Source of the DNA: Phaeosaccion multiseriatum
Taxonomy: Eukaryota > Protista > Ochrophyta, other classes
Assembly: GCA_965112735.1 (NCBI GenBank)
Contig: OZ218961.1
Location: 868,001 to 932,000, forward strand
Reading direction: 5' to 3'
DNA: 64,000 bases
A model generated the notes under the pieces. That model was not told where the DNA came from. It ran no database searches and was given only the letters and a program-made list of their open reading frames with translations. This document shows positions 56,509 through 64,000 of this stretch, in pieces. Each line of letters opens with the position of its first letter. The stretch's first letter is position 1. The position numbers and the translations under genes are program-made.

Positions 56509-57732
56509 ATGGGGGGCCCTACTTCTGGAGGGTGGACTTACAAGGACGTGGAAAAGTCTTTCAAGGGTTTGGAAGGCTTGTCCTCGGCCAACCCGCACAT
56601 GATCGACGTGGTGGACTTCAGAGATCCGGTGCGTGAAAAGGGACTCAAATGGAGGGGCAGGGGTGGTTCCATGCTCATGTCACGTATCTGCTCCCCCATC
56701 GGTGGCACAGGGAGGGAACTCGGCCCGCATTCAGAGCTTGCTGCATGATGTGCCGGCGCCCCCTGGATCCTCCGGGTCGCTTTTGTGTTACGGTGTGCAG
56801 GGCTACGACGGCTTCTTCGGTAAGTTCAAGCGTGCTCTCCCACCTGGCAGAGTATTGCAAACAGAATGCGTAAAAGTTCTTCTCCTGTCTACCCTGCTTC
56901 CCGTTCCCTGGCAGTTCTGCCAGCAGCGCTGTCCCCGCAGCAGCAGGTTGGGCTCGCTCGGGACTGTCTCGAGCGATACACGAGCCCCTCGAACCCGTCC
57001 AATCTCCGTGAGAAAGAAGCAGAGGGGCTGGAAGGTGGAGATGAGGGTGACAGGAGCAAGGGGAGTGGAGGCGAAGCGCAGCAACATGTGCTGCCGAAGT
57101 TGGCTTGGGTCACCCTTGGCTACCACTTTCGCTGGGCTAGTAGGTCGTATGACCCGGAGTATCAGAGTGTCTTCCCCCCTGACCTGGCAGCGCTGGTCCA
57201 GCCTTGGGTTAAGCGAGTGGGGCAGCGAATTCAGCCGCAGGCGGCAATCGTGAACTTCTACAGCCCAAAGCGCGCCATGGGAGGGCACCGTGACGAGGTG
57301 GAGCTCACCTGGGAGCACCCCGTGGTGTCCATAAGCCTGGGCTTGAACGCCATATTCTTGCTGGGCGGGCTGGGCAAGAGCGACCCTCCCTTGGCCATGT
57401 ACCTGCGCAGCGGAGATGTTGTGATCATGGGGGGCGCCTCACGTCTGCGCTACCATGGCGTGGCAAGGGTGATCCAAGCGTCGGACGCAGGAGGAACAGG
57501 GTGCTTGTGCTTACCGCGTTCGTCGCAGAGGGAAAGAGGCTGCTGCTGCTGCTGCTGCTGCTGTGATGCCGGCGGGGAGGAGGAGGGGGAAAGGGATGCC
57601 TCTGTGCGGAGATACCTGCGTCAACATCGAATCAACATCAACGTGCGCCAGGTGCTTCCAGATGGGGTCGACTCCTTTCCTCCGCGGCCAGAGAGCCCTG
57701 CGAGTGGCAGGAGCAGCGCGGGCGTTGGTTAA
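56509..57732 (+). CDS. ALKBH1: AlkB homolog 1, 2OG-Fe(II) dioxygenase, 3 coding exons
   Basis: KLAWVTLGYHF, QAAIVNFY, GHRD, PVVSISLG, LRSGDVVIMGG, YHGV and RININVRQV. The HxD..H..R motif is intact. Confidence 0.9.
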
Positions 57733-59417
57733 AGGGAGGGTGGAGACACATGTGGACAGACGACGAACATCTTGGCGAGGGGCCCTTGCGCGGCGTTTTT
57801 GTCCGAAGGAACTACGTCAGCGCTCTGTGTAACGCCAAACGGACTTCAAGAGGACGCGGCCAAGCATCCGTCTCGTTTGGAGCAAGTGTGTGCTGGAGAA
57901 TAGAGAAGGAGGGTGGGCTCGGCTGACGCACTCTCGCGGGGGCGGGTTGCGGCGCTCTTGCTTGCTTCGAGAGGGGAACATCAACGATCATGGAATGTTA
58001 TACGCCTTTCTCGGGCAGGGTCTTAGCGGCGGTTTGACACCCACCCCGTCCTGATCATGGGCAGATCCGGGCACTTCGAGGCTTTAGCCGCAAGAGCGAG
58101 AAATCAGAATGGAGAAGAACACCAACTTTCCGTCCTCGGCTGTTGGGGTGCAGTCCCTGCTGCAATTTGAGACGGCAAAGCAGACGAGGCATCAGAGGGC
58201 AGCGGGGGAGGGCTGGAGGGCGGAAGCAAGTACACATCGCGCACACGCTCTGGAGTGAGTTGAGAGCGCCTCTACAAGGGCATACATACAGTGTACAGCA
58301 TGCAGCACCGACACACCGGCAGCGTGGAGTCGCAAGGGGCCAGCGCCGGTTAGCGCTGCTTCCGCAACGCACTCATCTTGCCCCCTTACCCCCCCCCCCC
58401 CAACCTTACCATACAGAGACTATGCCTGTGCGTGGTCGAGGCATGCTTGAGGGGCTTCGGAACTGGCCTTTGCCACTCCCCTGGTGTATCGCCATTTCCC
58501 TGCCATTCATAGGTTTGTCGCTGCATTGTGTGGAGGGGGCGCGTGGAAGGACAATCTTCACGGCCGTATAGCCTTTACGACAGGTCGAAGCAGGGGGTGA
58601 TACAAGCCCCGCAGCAGTGGTACCAGCCGACTGCCGACTGGAGTGTTTGCTACCGCAGCCGAGGGCAGGGGCGGGGGGTGGCCTTGCGGAGTGGCCGACT
58701 ACCTCAGTCTCAGCACCAGCACCAGCAGCAGCAGCAGCACCAGCAGCAGCAGCAGCACCAGCACCAGGTGCAGCGTCAGGTGCAGTCAGCTGGTGAACAT
58801 GTCGCCTTTGGGCCGTGGGACAGCGCCGCAACCGCAGCAGCCACGTGCAATGCGGTCCTGTCTGTGGTGCATCATCGCGTGCATACCGTTCCTTCTTGTC
58901 CAGTATATTTCTATTATCTAATTCGCTACTTAAGGTATACATTCTATTGTGAGTGAGTGTGAGAAAGTCTTTTTTTCAAATCAGATCAACCCCAGCCAAC
59001 TAACACGCAAAATGCCTCGTCTCGTACCCGTAAAACACTTTTCCGTATATATACAAAAGACCCGTTCAAAAGCCCGCCCTCTTCCTCCCTCCTCCTCCTT
59101 TGCCACTCGAGCAGACCGCACGCAGCACATTGACACACACGCACATCGCCTGTGGGGAGAATGGGTGTGAATCATCCCTTCTTCTCCCCCCTGCTGCATG
59201 CAGTCCGTTTGCCTCGCCCCGTCATACCTCCTCTGCCTGATCTCTCATCTATCTATATGGATCGTCTACGATTGTATATCGACATCATTTGTGCTGTCTC
59301 CCAGCCACTCCACTCACGCCCACCCCACTCCGCGGCGCGAACGAAAGTCACAGGACTGCCATCGAGTGCCATCCTATCCAGGCGCTCACCCACTGCCATC
59401 CGCTGCCATCCAGACGT

Positions 59418-60508
59418 TTACCCAAAGCCCCTGCCTCCGTTGGCCAGTCCTGGGGATCCAGGGCTCCTTGAGTCAGGGTTGAGAGGAGCCTGTGCCACCT
59501 CTTTGAGGTTCTGAACGCTCTCTGCGATAATCTTCCACTGCCCAGAGATGCGGTACATCAGGCCGTTGTCCTTGGCGAACTTCTGCACCAGAGGGCGGAG
59601 GGCAGCGTACCTTTTGGTAGTTTGGTTGGGTTGGGTCGGTGGTTTGGATTTGGTGTTGGCAGCAGAGGAGGGAAGGAAGGAGGGAGGGTTGGGTTGAGTG
59701 TTTCGTCTCTTGTCCTTCGAATCAGAGACGCCACCCCGCAAGCCTCTGGACCCCTTCTTCGCCCATACGCCTCTCTCTTGTCCCTGCCCTCTGAATGGCC
59801 TGACTGCCTGACTGACTACTTGACTGACTGACTGACTGACTGACTGACTGACTGATTGACTGGCTGCGTGCACTCACTTGTAGCGGGGCATGGTTGGGAA
59901 AAGGTGGTGTTCCAGCTGGTACTGCATCCCGCCCCACACGTACTCAGACACGGGATCATTGCACTTGGCATCTCTCGAAGTCCTGAGAACAGTAAAGAAA
60001 GGCAGAGCAGAGTAGAGGGAGGAGGGAAAGGGGGTCGGTGAGGCCTAGCAACGAGCATCGACGTGGGTGCGCGTGTATGTGGGTAGGGTATTCAAACCTG
60101 AGACTGAAGCTGGGAGCTGTGCCTACAATGCACAAGCACCACGCTTACCTGAACTGCGCGTCGACAAAGCTGACGTCATCCTCGGGCATAATGTAATCTT
60201 CAGCGGTGTGTGTAACGGTTACAATGGTGGCCGTGAGGGCTCCTCCCAACAGCATGTGTCCGCCGGCCACAGCCGGGTTGACGAGACTAAAGAGCAGGGC
60301 GTAGTGGACTCCGAGGCAGGCAAGCTCATCCCAGTTCTTGAACTTGAAGCACGAGCGAATCGAGTCCACTCGCCTGAGGAGGAAGGGAGGAGGGGAGGGA
60401 GGGGAGTGAGTGAGTGAGTGAGGAAGAGAGAGCGTGGGTGGGAGGGAGGGGCCTCTCCCTCCATGTAAGGTCGTATCTGGGTGATGCAAACCGACCCCCC
60501 CCCCCCCC

Positions 60509-60540
<32 letters not shown>

Positions 60541-62625
60541 CAAACACACACGCACACCATGCATTACGTAAGGCTCTCTCGCTCGCCTCACTTACCACAG
60601 TGCGAAGGTCAGGGAGAAGGGCAGGGGCCAGTAGATGTGCTGCCACTTGCGGAAGAAGGTATCACGCTTGGCGTCGGGAGCCCACCACCACACCGCCGGC
60701 TCAGTCTGTTGTGTTGTTCACGCAACGCAACAATACAACCCCAAGAGAAAAGGTTTAGATTCTGTTCCAGTACTGACTGACCCAAGAAAAGCGACATCAT
60801 TGGGCGAAAGTTGAGTCGCGACTGCTCTTCCCCTCCCTCCCTCCCTCCGTCCGTCCCCCCATCTACTGCCATCCCTCCCTCCCTCCCTCCCTCCCTCCTT
60901 CACTACCTACCATAATGTCCTCATCCGTGCCCACAACGTTGGTGTGTGCATGATGCTTGTTGTGCTTCTCGCTCCACCACTTGGAGCTCAGGCCTGCGAA
61001 GACGGCTCCAAAGTTGCGCATCATGGAGGGCCACTTGCCCCTCCCGTGCACGTAGTCGTGTGCCAGCCAGCCGCAGGTGGTGTGCCCGACGGCGAGGATG
61101 AGGGTACCCAGCCAGGGGTTGGTCTTGGCGACTACCACTCCCTGTTGTTGCGGTTGTTGTTGTTGCGGTTGTGGTGGTGATTGTTGTTGTTGTGGTGGTG
61201 GTGGTGGTTGTTGTTGTTGTTGTTTTGCATCAGACGCGCGGAGAGAGGGGGGGGGGTGGAGGAGGCAAACATGTGTGAGTGGAGTGGGGCTAAGAAAGAG
61301 CAGAAAGTACATTCTCTGACGGACTGGACCCCCTCTGCAGCAGTGTCGACTACCTACTAGCGCCCTACTTACCGCGGCGTACGTCAACAGCTGCGTAGAG
61401 AGGAAGAAAGCCTCGGGTATGGCCTTGCGCTTGAACCACCCATCCTTCACCAGTTGGGCACGGAACTCACGAAACGCCTTCGTCTGTGCACGGAATGGAG
61501 CAGGCAGACAGGAAGAAGGGCAGTGTGGTGGTGAGGATGTGAGGAAAAGGAGAAGGCGAGTTGGGGTATCCGAGGGCTCGAGGGCTCGACGGTCCAGGGG
61601 AGAGACGAACAACATGACGATGATTTGTGACATTGTTGATCCTGAACCTGGCTCTGGGCCCTCATGACCCTATGCCTCACAGGAGATCAGACGAGGCGCA
61701 CACGCACAGCCTACAGCAACGACACTTCACAAGAGAAGACGGGCAAAAAATGACAAAAAAAATCCACTCTAAAAGGGGGGAAAGAAAGCAAAGCACATCG
61801 AAAACAAAACCTCCAGCCACAGTGGCGCACACACGCACGCACAGACCCACACACCTGCTCGGAGGGTTCCTTGGGCTCCGTGCCCCTTGCTGCGGGCATT
61901 CTGCTGACCATCTGCATTGCCTCCTCTGAGTGGAAGGCTGTGAATTGGTCAGTGGCATCCCCTCCCTGCTCAGCACCGACAATCACACACATACACACAC
62001 AGATAATGGGGAAGAGGGGGGTAGGTGAGAAAAGAAGAAGTCCGTCGACGCACAGGCAACCAAGCAGCAGAGCACAACAAATGGGCCCTCCAACACTCCG
62101 GAAAACTGACGAGACTGCCGGATCTGTGTCCCAGCAGTCAGCCTATCTGCCCTCAAATCTCCCCCATACTCGGCTTGAGGAGTATACCCAACCCCCTCCC
62201 CCTCTAGGCTTTGAGTAGTAGTTGCTGGTCTTACTTACATCGAATGCATCTATCCAGTGTTCGCCTGCAGGGTGCTTGGCCCTCCATCCCGTCAGGTCGA
62301 CCACTTTCTCGCCGAGCTGCACCAACAGGCGCTTGTCCTTCTTCTTGCCGTCTTTGCCGTTGCTAGGCGGCGAGGAGGTGGTGGGGCCCTCTGCCGTCGC
62401 TACCCGAGTGGCCGTATCCACAGCTACTGCTGAAGACAAGAGCCTCATTGGTGCCCTTGCCGTCCATCTTGCTCCCCCGCCTGACGCTGCTCCTGTTGCC
62501 GGTGTGGCTCTGCCTACTGCTGGTGATGATGCACTGCCGAATGTGTTGATGGAGGGCGCGAAGGCCGAAGCTGAGCCAACGACCAATGCAAACACACCAC
62601 TGACGCTCGCGGCAATCGGTGCCAT
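59418..62625 (-). CDS. Plastid-targeted cytochrome-b5-fused front-end fatty acid desaturase
   Basis: Signal peptide plus ASAFAP. Heme motif HPAG. His boxes HDYVH, HNKHH and QLEHH. Eight phase-consistent exons. Confidence 0.9.
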
Positions 62626-63060
62626 GCTCACTGCGTGCTACTCCTGCTGCTACTGCTGGATGCACCTGCTCCTTCGCTGCTTACGGCGGCCGTTCGTAGG
62701 TCGCAGCGCAGCAGCAGAAGGTAGTGGTGCAGCCACTTACTCCGTTTGTGGCCCTCAATCGAGGTTCGCGTCGTCAGTACGTGGGTTTTGCCAGGACGGA
62801 AAAAAAAAAATCACTCTCGACGTCGCTGCTCTCCTGGATTGTGCAAGTCTCAACACTGGACGCACGACCAGATAGAGGATGCCTCCGTGGGTTTGCTGCG
62901 GCGCCACTATTTTAATTATGGCTCAATTGCTTGTTGAGGGGTGAGTTGGTTGGCGTTGTGACATCACCATTCACAGTTGGCGTACCCAGGGGGGAGGAGA
63001 CAAGTTGGTTCTCCTCCTTCCTCGATGACTCGTCAATTTTGCTTCCCTGATGGAGAACCA

Positions 63061-64000
63061 ATGACTTTAAAGTGGTTGAAGAGAAGCACTCGAGCAGGAC
63101 TCTTTGCGCGGAGAAAAGCTGCGGCAGGAGGAGGAGGAGCAGCGAGAGTATCAGCTCGCTTGTTATTCTGCTCCTCGCTCGTCTCGGTCTCCCACCAGGT
63201 AGCAGGGTATAATTTGGGCTGTCAGCTGACCTCACAGCAGCAGGCAGGGAGGCAGCGACCTCTTCCCGTCCTTCGACCGGCCGGCAGCCGTAGGTGGGCA
63301 ACGATGCCCCCCCCGCGGAAGCGACCGAAGACTGAGGTGAAGACTGAGAGCAGCAATGCAAGCGGAAGTGAGGCGAGCGATTTGCTTCCGGCACCGGGGT
63401 GGTTCGACGCGCGCAGAGCCAGATGTCTGACCGCCGCGCGCAAGCCTCTCGCTCATGGTAGGTGGCTTCTCGAGCATCAGCCTCCTGTGCGTGCTCCCGC
63501 TCTTCGTCATACTCTCCCTCATTCACGTACGTAGGCAAGAGCGTTGTGTACTGGATGCACCGCGAGCAGCGCTGCAGCGAGAACTGGGCCATGCTCTACG
63601 CCAAGAACCTCGCGGACGAGGCGGGGGTGCCCCTCAGGGTGGCCTTTTGGTGAGTGAGGCAGGGCCGGGAAGGAGGCAGGGAGGGAGGGGAAAGAGAGAG
63701 CATAGGTAGGCGACGGAACCGCCAAAGAGTAGAGCAGAACAGAGCAGATCACCCTTTCTTTCAGTTTCAATTCCAGCTTGTAATACGTACCAGTCACGGC
63801 ACGCTCCTGACGACTGAGCTCGCGCCGAGCGCATGCACTCACCTGTGCTCGTCGTCGCTTGCCTGTCTTGTCTTGTTGGTAGCAGAGGGCTCCTCTCATC
63901 TGGAGCTGCCACTGCTGACTCGACTTGTGCTGCATTAATCCCCGCCCCCCCCCCCCCTCTCTCCGCTCTCTCTCTCTCTCTCTGTGCCTACCCCCCCCTC
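63061..64000 (+). CDS. PHR: Class II CPD photolyase, 3' partial
   Basis: Exon 1 to 63457 and exon 63535-63649 give GKSVVYWMHREQRCSENWAMLYAKNLA..PLRVAF, the class II photolyase N-terminal motif. Confidence 0.85.

Noticed and set aside
58036-58956. Possible small gene with a Gln/Ala-rich stretch
   Set aside because: No consistent exon chain or recognisable domain could be built.
168-64000. Hundreds of HT/CV/PSLP/GREG/poly-residue ORFs in the track
   Set aside because: They are translations of intronic microsatellites or antisense frames of real exons.

Overview
Intron-rich eukaryotic nuclear DNA, most likely an ochrophyte (stramenopile) alga, judging by an ASAFAP plastid-targeting motif. Introns are full of microsatellites, so most ORFs in the supplied track are spurious. 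Spliced genes rebuilt by hand: SGF29, a uridine/purine phosphorylase-family gene, a long IQ-motif protein, a small protein with a repeated DYGYGxPxWSP motif, an ankyrin protein, SNF5, eIF3a (hosting intronic box C/D snoRNAs, including two SNORD31/snR67-like copies), a plastid DHAR/CLIC-like GST, ALKBH1, a plastid cytochrome-b5 desaturase and a class II photolyase. A GH17 glucanase is intronless. The accessory content is the most interesting part. (i) Two tandem intronless PPR(-SMR) paralogs have near-identical 105-bp repeats that differ in number and predicted RNA code. (ii) A family of intronless F-box-like genes shares one promoter/5'UTR and N-terminus but carries either FNIP or ankyrin-like repeats. 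(iii) A recently inserted, non-autonomous tyrosine-recombinase retrotransposon has split direct repeats, a TTT recombination core and a decayed recombinase fragment. It contains a nested insertion with an 18-bp TSD and a tail of about 41 x 14-bp repeats. All calls come from manual reading and motif recall; no searches were run.
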